The notes below the pieces were generated by a model that was not told where the DNA came from, did no database searches, and saw only the letters and a list, made by a program, of their open reading frames with translations. The translations under genes and the position numbers were made by a program. A stretch of DNA of 64,000 bases from a bacterium. Lineage in GTDB: Bacteria > UBA8248. Each line of letters opens with the position of its first letter. Position 1 is the stretch's first letter. The stretch is taken from contig OZ244799.1 in NCBI GenBank assembly GCA_965219955.1, positions 32,001 to 96,000 on the forward strand. The letters run 5' to 3'. This document shows, one piece after another, positions 44,594 to 53,569 of the stretch.

Positions 44594-47005
44594 ATGCGGA
44601 TTAGCCTGGAGTGGCTCGCCGATTTTATCGATCTGGACCTGGAAGACGCCGAACTGCCCGAACGCCTGGCGAACGGCCTTCTGCTTGCCGGTCTGGAAGT
44701 CGAGGCGCTCGAACGTCCCGAAGCGTCGTTCGACGGGCTGGTGGTGGCCGAGGTCCTGTCTGTGGATTCCCACCCCAACGCGGACAGGCTCAAACTCTGC
44801 CGCGTGGCCGATGGCGCGGGGGAGCGTTCCGTGGTGTGCGGCGCGCCCAACGTCGCGGCGGGCCGGCGCGTCGTCCTGGCAACGCCCGGGGTGCGGATGC
44901 CGGGGGGAATGAAGGTCGAAGTCGCGCGCATTCGCGGCGAGCAGAGCGAGGGGATGATCTGCTCGGAGCGCGAGCTCGGCCTGGGGGCGGATCACAGCGG
45001 CATCATGTTGCTCTCGGGCGCGGCCGAAGTCGGGAGTGACGCGGCGGAGCTTCTGGGGCTGAACGACGTGGTTTTCGACATCTCGATTACGCCGAATCGC
45101 GCGGATTGCCTGTCCGTCCTGGGCGTGGCGCGCGAGGCGGCGGCCCTTTTGGGGATCCCGCTGCGAACCCCCGAGGTTTCCATCCAGGAAGAAGAGAGCG
45201 TTTCCGCGTCTTCGGTCTGCGCGGTGGAGATCCTGGACCCGGACAAGTGTCCGCGCTACGCCGCCCGCATCATCCAGGGCGTGGAGATCGGCCCGTCGCC
45301 CGGGTGGATGTCGCGTCGCTTGAGAGCGGCCGGTATGCGGCCGATCAACAACGTGGTCGACGTGACGAACTACGTGATGCTCTCCCTCGGCCAGCCGCTC
45401 CACGCGTTCGATCTGCACCGCCTCGCAGAGCAGAAGATCATCGTGAGAAGGTGGAGCGGGAGCGACGGTCCCTTCACCACGCTCGACGGCCAGGGGCGCG
45501 AAATGGACGATGAGGACCTCATGATATGCGACGGTGAAAAACCCGTCGCCATCGGCGGTGTGATGGGGGGTCTGTTCTCCGAGGTGAGCGACGACACCCG
45601 CGACATTCTTTTGGAGAGCGCCTATTTCACGCCCCAGACCATCCGCCGCACCCGCAGGCGTCTGGGCATGTCGACGGAGGCGTCCTATCGCTTCGAACGG
45701 GGGGTGGACCCTTCGGGCACCGTGCGCGCGGCGGACCTGGCCGCCGAACTCATCCGCCGGACGGCGGGCGGCGTTATCGCCCACGGGGCCGTGGATGCGC
45801 ATCCCGCGCCTGTCGCTCCCAAGCAGGTGCCGATTCGGGTGGCGCGCGCATCGAGCCTGCTCGGCGTGTCCCTGGACGCCCCCCGGGTGAGGGAGAGCCT
45901 CGAATCCCTGGGGCTTCTCGTGAGCGAGCAGGAAGACGGCGTCTTCAGCGTCGAGGTTCCGACTTTCCGGCCCGACATCGAACGCGAGATCGACCTCATC
46001 GAGGAGGTGGGCAGAAGGGTGGGCTACGAGAACATTCCCGCCACGCTTCCGGCTTCGGGAAGCCCCGCCGCAAGGCCGACGCGCACCCGCTCCCTGGAGC
46101 TTCAGGCGCGCCGGATCATGGTGGCCGGCGGATTCAGCGAGGCGCTCAACTACAGCTTCGTCAGCAGAGAGGCTCTTGAGAGCATGGGGTGGCGCGATGA
46201 GCAGATGGTGGCGCTGCGCAATCCCCTGAGCGGCGAGATGGACGTGCTCAGAACCACGCTCCTCGCCGGTTTGCTGGCGAACGTGGCGCACAACCAGAGC
46301 CGGGGGGTGAGCGAAATTCGCCTGTTCGAGCTGGGGCGCTCGTTTCATCCCGTAAATGGAGATGCGTTGCCGGAGCAGGTGTTGCGCATGGCCGGCCTCC
46401 TCGTGGGGAGCGCGGCGGCCGGGGATGGTGTATCGCTGCCGGAGGCTCTGTCTGAACTCAAAGGGGTGCTCGAGCGCTTCCTGGGATCCTCGGGACTGGA
46501 GGATCTCCGGTTCGAGCCGGTCGACGCGGCCCCGGGTTGGGAGTCCTCTGCGGTTTCCAGGGTCCTCGCCGGCGGCGTGACGCTCGGAAACATCGGGTTG
46601 GTGTCGCCCGAGGCGTTGGGTTTCTTGGACATCGAGACGGACGTGTCCGCTTTCGAGATCAGCCTCGCCGCTTTGGCCGAGATCGACCCGGCTCCACTTC
46701 GTCTGACGCCCTTGCCGAGGTATCCGGCCTCGCTTCGCGATCTGGCGGTGGTGGTGGATGCGGTGCGGACGAATGGGGAGATCGAGGAGGTCATCCATCA
46801 AGCGGGTGGGGACTGGCTGGAGTCGGTGAATCTGTTCGACGTCTATCAGGACCCCGCCTTGAAGGACTCAGGCGAGAAAAGCCTGGCGTATTCGCTGGTA
46901 TTCCGTCACCCGGAGGCGACGCTCACGGACGAGCAGGTCAACGAGGCGTTCGATGAAATCGTCGGGGCCTTGGGCGCGCGTCTGGACGCGCGGCTTCGCT
47001 CGTGA
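44594..47005 (+). CDS. pheT: Phenylalanine--tRNA ligase beta subunit
   Basis: HPNADRL, ITPNRADCLS, RFERGVD, DLIEEVGR, FDVY. Confidence 0.96.
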   Translation: MRISLEWLADFIDLDLEDAELPERLANGLLLAGLEVEALERPEASFDGLVVAEVLSVDSHPNADRLKLCRVADGAGERSVVCGAPNVAAGRRVVLATPGVRMPGGMKVEVARIRGEQSEGMICSERELGLGADHSGIMLLSGAAEVGSDAAELLGLNDVVFDISITPNRADCLSVLGVAREAAALLGIPLRTPEVSIQEEESVSASSVCAVEILDPDKCPRYAARIIQGVEIGPSPGWMSRRLRAAGMRPINNVVDVTNYVMLSLGQPLHAFDLHRLAEQKIIVRRWSGSDGPFTTLDGQGREMDDEDLMICDGEKPVAIGGVMGGLFSEVSDDTRDILLESAYFTPQTIRRTRRRLGMSTEASYRFERGVDPSGTVRAADLAAELIRRTAGGVIAHGAVDAHPAPVAPKQVPIRVARASSLLGVSLDAPRVRESLESLGLLVSEQEDGVFSVEVPTFRPDIEREIDLIEEVGRRVGYENIPATLPASGSPAARPTRTRSLELQARRIMVAGGFSEALNYSFVSREALESMGWRDEQMVALRNPLSGEMDVLRTTLLAGLLANVAHNQSRGVSEIRLFELGRSFHPVNGDALPEQVLRMAGLLVGSAAAGDGVSLPEALSELKGVLERFLGSSGLEDLRFEPVDAAPGWESSAVSRVLAGGVTLGNIGLVSPEALGFLDIETDVSAFEISLAALAEIDPAPLRLTPLPRYPASLRDLAVVVDAVRTNGEIEEVIHQAGGDWLESVNLFDVYQDPALKDSGEKSLAYSLVFRHPEATLTDEQVNEAFDEIVGALGARLDARLRS

Positions 47006-47101
47006 TGGTTTCCTTGACACCGCTTTTTTCCGACCCTAGAATCATTTCCGTGCATTGTGGAACTCATTTTTTTGTCTTGCGCCCGTGGAAAGAGTGTCCG
47101 A

Positions 47102-47356
47102 ATGGTCATTGATAAATTAAACGCGCTCGAAGCCGCGCTCTCGAATCTATTGGAGGAACGCAACGCCCTGAGGCGCTCCCGGGCGGAGTTGGAATCGCAG
47201 CTCCAGAGGCTGAGGGAGGAGGCCCGCGCCGATTCCGAGTCCGTACGCGCCCAGGCCGACGATTTGGCGAAGTGCCAGGCGGAAAACGCGCAGCTTCAAA
47301 AAGAGCAGGCCGAAGTCCGGGAACGCGTGGAGAAGATTCTGGCGCACATCGAGTAG
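47102..47356 (+). CDS. ZapB-like coiled-coil protein
   Basis: Short coiled coil between pheT and zapA ending ERVEKIL. Confidence 0.7.
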   Translation: MVIDKLNALEAALSNLLEERNALRRSRAELESQLQRLREEARADSESVRAQADDLAKCQAENAQLQKEQAEVRERVEKILAHIE

Positions 47357-47398
47357 TTCGCCGCACGCATGCAGCACTAGGGCATAAGGAGACAACTT

Positions 47399-47677
47399 AT
47401 GGCCGGGGGGAATAAACTGATGGTGGAGATATTTGGTCATTCCTTGAGCCTGAGAAGTTCGGCCAATACCGAATATACCTTGGAGCTCGCCGAATACGTT
47501 GATTCTGAAATTCGCAAGGTCTCACGACAGTCGAACGATCCGATCAAGGTTGTTCTGCTGGCGTCGATGAACATCGCCAACGAGTTGTTCGAGGAAAGAG
47601 AAGCGAAAGAAAAAAGTGAGGAAGCCCTCTCACAACGCGCTGATTCTCTGTTGGAGATGGTGAAAAGATCGGCCTGA
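47399..47677 (+). CDS. zapA: Cell division protein ZapA
   Basis: VEIFG, LAEYVD, LASMNIANEL; precedes 6S RNA. Confidence 0.85.
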   Translation: MAGGNKLMVEIFGHSLSLRSSANTEYTLELAEYVDSEIRKVSRQSNDPIKVVLLASMNIANELFEEREAKEKSEEALSQRADSLLEMVKRSA

Positions 47678-47754
47678 ATGGAAGTTTCTCTCCACGCAGT
47701 AGCTTCTCCCTGTATTCATCCTCTGGTTTTAGTGTCATAATGCTTTCTTGTCTT

Positions 47755-47932
47755 GACCCTGCCGTGTTCGTGATGGGGCGAAGCATTTTGACCCAGTACG
47801 AATGTAGCGGGAGTCCTGCCCCACGGTGGTGAGCTATTCCTCTCGGGGAGTTCGGCCTAAAGCCGTGGACATGGACGCCCACCTGGCGAAAGCTGGGTTC
47901 AAAGCGAACTTCACACGGCACAGGGCGGGGTC
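47755..47932 (+). ncRNA. ssrS: 6S RNA
   Basis: Long hairpin (GACCCTGCCGTG ... CACGGCA..GGGGTC; TTGACCCAG/CTGGGTTCAA) between zapA and 5-FTHF cyclo-ligase, the canonical position. Confidence 0.85.
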
Positions 47933-48013
47933 ATTACTGATATGCGCCTCGGGTCCGTGGGCAGGTTTCCGCTCCTGCTCGAGGGACCCGGGTATGGCGT
48001 TGAAAGAATATTC

Positions 48014-48652
48014 ATGGCCGAATCATACATGGAGAAACAAGACGTTCGGCTGAAGATGAAGGAGATGAGAGAGCAACTTCCCCCTGCCGAGGCCGGCGTG
48101 TTGAGCCGGCGGGCGGGACGGCGCCTGGATTCTTTTCTGGTTTTCATGGGCGCGCTCAGGGTGGGAATATATGCAGCGGTTCGCGGCGAGATGAACTTCT
48201 CGTCGCTCTGGAGTGAATGCAGCGATGCGAAAAGAACGTATTGTTTCCCCAGAGTGGGGAAAGATGTTTTGCACTTCTGTCCGGTGAATCATCCCGAGGC
48301 GGAGCTTCAGCCGGGCGCGCTTCGAATTCCGGAACCTGTTCGCGATATTCCCCCCCTGGATGTGAATGAACTGGATGTGGTCGTTACCCCCGGCCTTGCA
48401 TTCGATCTCTATGGCGGCAGGCTGGGAATCGGCGGGGGATTCTACGATCGCACGTTTCAGGGTCGCCGCGGCGGCCTGCATGAGTCCGGACCTTTGCTGG
48501 TGGGCGCCGGTTATGCGTTTCAGTTGCTCGTCGGTGAGTCCTGGAAGCGGGATGAGTGGGATGTCGGTGTTGATTGGGTGATAACCGATCGGGGGGCGAT
48601 GCGATGCCTCCCACGTGAATATATGCCCCAGGAGGCGGATGAATATGGATAA
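48014..48652 (+). CDS. 5-formyltetrahydrofolate cyclo-ligase
   Basis: IPEP, DVVVTPGLAFD..GRLG.GGGFYDR motifs. Confidence 0.9.
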   Translation: MAESYMEKQDVRLKMKEMREQLPPAEAGVLSRRAGRRLDSFLVFMGALRVGIYAAVRGEMNFSSLWSECSDAKRTYCFPRVGKDVLHFCPVNHPEAELQPGALRIPEPVRDIPPLDVNELDVVVTPGLAFDLYGGRLGIGGGFYDRTFQGRRGGLHESGPLLVGAGYAFQLLVGESWKRDEWDVGVDWVITDRGAMRCLPREYMPQEADEYG

Positions 48653-50228
48653 CGTGATTTTGTGGCAGATGGTCGTTGTTGCAGTCGCCCTCGTGTGCGT
48701 GGTGGTGTTGTTCATCATGCGGGCGATGAAGCGCCGGCATGAAGAGACGGTGGCCCGCCTGGAGGCGGACGCCGAGGAGCGGGTTCAGCAGATCAACGAG
48801 AGCGCGGCCAAGGAGCTCTCGCAGAAGATCCAGGAATCCCAGGTGGCGCACAAGGCGGAATTGCTTCAGGAAAGAGAGCGCATCGAGCGGGAGAACAAAT
48901 CCCGCGTGGAGGAGTTGCAGAAGTTTGAGCAAAGGGTGAATCAGCGCGAAGAGACGCTGGACAGGCGCCGGGAGAGCCTCGACGGCAAAGAAGCGGCCGT
49001 TGAGCGCCGCGAGGCCGAATTGGGTGGAAAAGAACAGGAGTTGAAGCGCGAGCATGCGCGCTACAAGCAGTTGCAGGAAGAGGAAATCAGAAAACTCGAG
49101 GAAATTTCCGGCCTCAGCGTCGAGAACGCCAAGAAAGAGCTCCAGGATCGCTTTATGGAGGAGGCGAAACAGGATATCGCCGCCGAAGTGCAGCGCCTCG
49201 AGCGCCGGGCGAGGAGTACCGTGGAAGCCGAGGCGAAACAGGCGCTCGCCCTGGCCGTGGAGCGCTTCTCCTCCGAGCATGTGGCGGAAAACCTGGTGAG
49301 CGTGGTGGATTTGCCGACCGATGAGATGAAAGGCCGCATCATCGGCCGCGAGGGCAGGAACATCCGGGCTCTCGAGATGGCGACCGGCGTGGACGTGATC
49401 ATCGACGATACGCCCGAGGCCGTCGTCGTCTCCGGCTTCGACAAGGTTCGCCGCGAGACGGCGCGCCAGGCGCTCGAAGCGCTCGTCCAGGACGGGAGAA
49501 TCCACCCGGGCAGAATCGAGGACATCGTCAACAAGACGAAAAAAGACATCGATACGCAGATACGCCAGGCGGGCGAGGAAGTCGTGATGGAACTGGGTGT
49601 GGGCGACGTGCATCCCGAACTCGTGAACATGCTGGGTCGCCTCAAGTACCGCACGAGCTACAGCCAGAACGCCCTCATGCACTCCAAAGAAGTGGCCTAT
49701 CTCGCGGGGATGCTGGCGGATGAGTTGCGCATCGACCCCACGATGGCGAAGCGCGCCGGCTTGTTTCACGACATCGGCAAGGCGGCGACGCACGAGGTCG
49801 AGGGTTCGCACGTCCAGATAGGCTACGACATCGCAAAGCGCTACAACGAGCCGCCCGAGGTCTTGAACGCCATCGTCTCCCACCACGAGGACGAGGAGGC
49901 GAACTGCATCGAATCCGTCCTGGTGAAGGCGGCCGATACCCTGTCCGCCGCCCGGCCGGGTGCGAGGCGCGAGATGGTGGAAAGCTACATCAAGCGCTTG
50001 GAGGCGCTGGAGAAGATCGCCGAATCGTTCAATGGCGTGGAGAAGTGCTTCGCCATTCAGGCGGGCCGGGAGATTCGCGTGTCGGTCCTGCCCGATGAGG
50101 TGACCGACTCGCAGGCCACCTTCCTGGCGCGCGACATCGCCAAGAGAATCGAGAGCGAACGCACGTATCCGGGCGAAATCCTCGTCACCGTCATTCGCGA
50201 AACCCGCCACGTGGCCACTGCGCGTTGA
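48645..50228 (+). CDS. rny: Ribonuclease Y
   Basis: N-terminal TM and coiled coil, MKGRIIGREGRNIR KH domain, HDIGK HD domain, SAARPGAR. Confidence 0.96.
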   Translation: MDNVILWQMVVVAVALVCVVVLFIMRAMKRRHEETVARLEADAEERVQQINESAAKELSQKIQESQVAHKAELLQERERIERENKSRVEELQKFEQRVNQREETLDRRRESLDGKEAAVERREAELGGKEQELKREHARYKQLQEEEIRKLEEISGLSVENAKKELQDRFMEEAKQDIAAEVQRLERRARSTVEAEAKQALALAVERFSSEHVAENLVSVVDLPTDEMKGRIIGREGRNIRALEMATGVDVIIDDTPEAVVVSGFDKVRRETARQALEALVQDGRIHPGRIEDIVNKTKKDIDTQIRQAGEEVVMELGVGDVHPELVNMLGRLKYRTSYSQNALMHSKEVAYLAGMLADELRIDPTMAKRAGLFHDIGKAATHEVEGSHVQIGYDIAKRYNEPPEVLNAIVSHHEDEEANCIESVLVKAADTLSAARPGARREMVESYIKRLEALEKIAESFNGVEKCFAIQAGREIRVSVLPDEVTDSQATFLARDIAKRIESERTYPGEILVTVIRETRHVATAR

Positions 50229-50235
50229 GGTTGCC

Positions 50236-51015
50236 TTGAGGCTGCTGTTCGTCGGAGACATCACGGGGAAAGTGGGCCGGCGGATGGCTTGCGACCACCT
50301 CGGCCCGCTCAGGGAAAAGCACCGGGTGGACGTATGCGTCATCAACGGGGAGAACGCGGCCGGCGGCTTCGGGATCAACAACGCGCACGTCGACGAGTTG
50401 CTCGATGCGGGCGCGGACGTCATCACCTCGGGGAATCACATCTGGAACCGCAAGGAGACGGCCGATTTCATCCTGCGCGAACCCCGCCTGCTCAGGCCCG
50501 GGAACTACCCTCCCCGGACGCCGGGCAAGGGCGTCTTCGTGCTGGAATGCCAGGGAGGGCGCCTCGCCGTCCTGAACCTCATGGGCCGCGTCTTCATGCC
50601 GCCCATCGAATGTCCTTTCCGGGCAGCCGATGAACTCGTGAGGACGGTGGGCAATGAGACCAACATGATCATGGTGGATTTTCACGCGGAGGCCACGAGC
50701 GAGAAGGTGGCGATGGGCTGGCATCTCGACGGTCGCGTGAGCGCTGTTTTCGGAACGCATACCCACATCCAGACGGCGGACGAGCGGGTGCTGCCCAAAG
50801 GCACGGCCTTCATCACGGACGTCGGCATGACGGGGCCTCGCAATTCCATCATCGGCATGAAGACGGAAATCGTTCTGGATAAGTTTCTGTCCGGGCTTCC
50901 CCGCCGCTTCGAGGTGGCCGGAGGCGAGGGGCAGCTCAACGGCGCGCTCGTCGAGATATCTCCGGATACCGGGAAGGCGCTTTCGGTTGAACGCGTCCAG
51001 GTGCTCGAGGGATAG
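50236..51015 (+). CDS. TIGR00282/YmdB metallophosphoesterase
   Basis: GDITG, NGENAAGG, TSGNH, DFHAEATSEK, GTHTH. Confidence 0.93.
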   Translation: MRLLFVGDITGKVGRRMACDHLGPLREKHRVDVCVINGENAAGGFGINNAHVDELLDAGADVITSGNHIWNRKETADFILREPRLLRPGNYPPRTPGKGVFVLECQGGRLAVLNLMGRVFMPPIECPFRAADELVRTVGNETNMIMVDFHAEATSEKVAMGWHLDGRVSAVFGTHTHIQTADERVLPKGTAFITDVGMTGPRNSIIGMKTEIVLDKFLSGLPRRFEVAGGEGQLNGALVEISPDTGKALSVERVQVLEG

Positions 51016-51059
51016 CGCCGGAGCGTACGCCTGCTCAGGCATTTTCCCCGATAAAGACT

Positions 51060-51665
51060 TCAGTGCCCGTTTCTGTGGGTGGACTTGTCGTAATCGGTGA
51101 GGGCGAATTTTGAAGGCTTGTCCCTTTTGAGCAATGCAAGCAATCGCTTCAGGCGCCAGGCGATGGAGCGAGAACCCAGGAAGGACTGTTTTTCCCGAAG
51201 CGGCAGCCTGAGAACCTCGGCGACGGCGAAAGAGAGCTGAAAGGGGTTTTCCCGCAATTCCTCGGGCAGATTCAGGGGCATCGATTCGTTTTTTTCGAGA
51301 GCGTCCCACACCATCCGGCACAATTCCGTGGGGTCTTCTCCTTCTTCATCATGAAAATCGCTCACCTCACCCTCGAAATAGGGCTGGCTGTCATAGATGC
51401 GGAAGACCTCGAAGCGCTGCTCGCCCAGGGTCAGAATGTTCATCCTGCCGTCGGGAAATTTTTCGAACACCTCGGTCACGCGGGCCACGCATCCAATCTT
51501 GTGGATGCCGCCTTTCCCCACCAAAACGACCCCGAAGGGCGCTTCGTCCTCGATGCACTCGCCGATCATGATTTTGTAGCGTTCCTCGAAAATATGCAGG
51601 GGCAGCCGCTGGCCCGGCAGGAGAACCACTTGGAGCGGAAACAGGGGCAGGCGATAGGTAGTCAT
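51060..51665 (-). CDS. LON peptidase substrate-binding domain protein
   Basis: LPLFPL.VVLLPG..LPLHIFEERY, DGRMNILT.G..RF; start at ATG 51665. Confidence 0.85.
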   Translation of the reverse strand: MTTYRLPLFPLQVVLLPGQRLPLHIFEERYKIMIGECIEDEAPFGVVLVGKGGIHKIGCVARVTEVFEKFPDGRMNILTLGEQRFEVFRIYDSQPYFEGEVSDFHDEEGEDPTELCRMVWDALEKNESMPLNLPEELRENPFQLSFAVAEVLRLPLREKQSFLGSRSIAWRLKRLLALLKRDKPSKFALTDYDKSTHRNGH

Positions 51666-51872
51666 GAGAAAATTGTAACTTGAATCGCCCGATTTTGAAA
51701 TTCGCCGGAAATTCCCGGAGGCGGAGCGCCCGTGTTGTTCCGGCCCGGCGCATCCCGCTCTCTGGAAGGGCCTCGAAATCCGCTCAAGCTGGCCTGATGG
51801 CGCGCGAATATGGTATTTTTCTTTGAGACAAGGGCGGCATTCGATTTTCTGTTTTTGTGGAGGTTTCCCGCG

Positions 51873-53501
51873 ATGATCGAGCCGAGCATCGCCACGGCCC
51901 AGAGGGCCTGGAGCGAACCTGCGGAGGAGGGTGGTACGGCCACCCTCTCGGGTATCGCTCTGCCGGCGTTTTTCGGCCCGGGCGAAGTCGACCCAAAGGC
52001 CCTCGACGAGAAGCCGGGAGCGCATCCCTACACGCGCGGAATCTACGAGAACATGTACAGGGGCAGGCTCTGGACGATGCGCCAATACGCCGGTTTCGGC
52101 AGCGCGCGGGAGAGCAACCACCGTTACCGCTATCTCCTCGATCACGGGCAGATGGGGATTTCCGTGGCGTTCGATCTGCCCACCCAGATTGGCTACGACC
52201 CGGATCATCCCCTGGTATACGGCGAAGTGGGCCGCGTGGGGGTGTCCATCGCCTCCGTCGAGGACATGGAGGTCTTGCTTGAAGACATTCCGCTGGACAA
52301 GATTTCCACGTCGATGACCATCAACGCCACAGCACCCATTCTGCTGGCCCTCTACGTCGCGGTGGCCGAGAAGCGCGGCATTCCCTCCGAGGCGCTCCGT
52401 GGGACTGTGCAGAACGACATCTTGAAGGAATACATCGCGCGCGGCACCTACATTTATCCGCCCGGGGCGAGCCTGCGCCTGATCACCGACACGATGGAGT
52501 TCTGCAAGGACAGGGTGCCCAAATGGAACGCCATATCGATCAGCGGCTACCACATCCGCGAGGCGGGCTCGACCGCCGTTCAGGAGGTCGCCTTCACGCT
52601 CGCGAACGCCATCACCTATGTGGAGGCCGCGGTGGCCGCAGGCCTGAGTGTAGATGAGCTCGCTTCACAGATATCTTTTTTCTTCAACGTCCACAATCAC
52701 TTTCTGGAGGAGATCGCGAAGTTCCGCGCCGCGCGCAGGCTCTGGGCGCGGATCATGCGCGAGCGCTTCGGGGCGCGTTCGGAGAAGGCCTGCATGCTGC
52801 GGTTTCACTCCCAGACCGCCGGCAGCGCGCTGACCGCGCAGCAGCCGAAAAACAACGTCGTGCGCGTCGCGCTTCAGGCGATGGCCGCCGTGCTGGGGGG
52901 TACGCAGTCGCTTCACACGAATTCGATGGACGAGGCTCTCTCCCTGCCCACGGAGAACGCCGCGAGGCTCGCGCTCAGAACCCAGCAGATACTCGCCGAG
53001 GAATCGAACGTGCCGAACGTGGCGGACCCGTGCGGGGGAGCGTACGCCATCGAGGCGCTGACGTCCGAGATTGCCTCCCGGGCGGAGGAAATCATTCGGC
53101 ATATCGACGATACCGGCGGCATGCTTCACGCCATCGAAACGGGATGGGTGCAGCGCCAGATTCAGGAGAGCGCCTTTGCTTATCAGCGCCTCGTCGATGA
53201 GGGGGAGATGGTCGTCGTCGGCGTGAACCGGTTTGAACAGGAAGAGGAATCGCGCATCTCGACGCTCCAGATTCGCCCCGAGGTCGAGGGAGAACAGAAG
53301 GAGCGTGTCGAATCGCTGAGGATACGGCGCCACGCCGACCGTACGAGCGAGGCCCTCGACGCCTTGAGTCACGCGGCCAGGGGTGATGACAATCTTCTGC
53401 CCTACATCCTCAGGGCGGTGCAGGCCGAGGCCACGGTCGGGGAAATCGCGGACACCATGCGCGAGGTTTTCGGCCTGTATCAGCAAGACGTCGCCATCTG
53501 A
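51873..53501 (+). CDS. Methylmalonyl-CoA mutase family, large (substrate-binding) subunit
   Basis: [32 protein letters not shown]; no B12-binding domain; Tyr in QYAG suggests MCM specificity. Confidence 0.92.
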   Translation: MIEPSIATAQRAWSEPAEEGGTATLSGIALPAFFGPGEVDPKALDEKPGAHPYTRGIYENMYRGRLWTMRQYAGFGSARESNHRYRYLLDHGQMGISVAFDLPTQIGYDPDHPLVYGEVGRVGVSIASVEDMEVLLEDIPLDKISTSMTINATAPILLALYVAVAEKRGIPSEALRGTVQNDILKEYIARGTYIYPPGASLRLITDTMEFCKDRVPKWNAISISGYHIREAGSTAVQEVAFTLANAITYVEAAVAAGLSVDELASQISFFFNVHNHFLEEIAKFRAARRLWARIMRERFGARSEKACMLRFHSQTAGSALTAQQPKNNVVRVALQAMAAVLGGTQSLHTNSMDEALSLPTENAARLALRTQQILAEESNVPNVADPCGGAYAIEALTSEIASRAEEIIRHIDDTGGMLHAIETGWVQRQIQESAFAYQRLVDEGEMVVVGVNRFEQEEESRISTLQIRPEVEGEQKERVESLRIRRHADRTSEALDALSHAARGDDNLLPYILRAVQAEATVGEIADTMREVFGLYQQDVAI

Positions 53502-53569
53502 AGCGTGATGGCATATTCTCCCCCCCGGAGATTTTCAGGTCAAAGAGCGACATTTGGAGAAATCTGCAT

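Noticed and set aside
44570-46801. Long antisense ORFs (also 48384-50426, 25127-26782, 40182-41615, 18891-20375)
   Set aside because: Shadow ORFs opposite well-supported high-GC genes (pheT, rny, ftsH, thrS, transposase)
51666-52553. Apparent fusion extending the LON-domain ORF to 497 aa
   Set aside because: The upstream part is antisense to the methylmalonyl-CoA mutase gene
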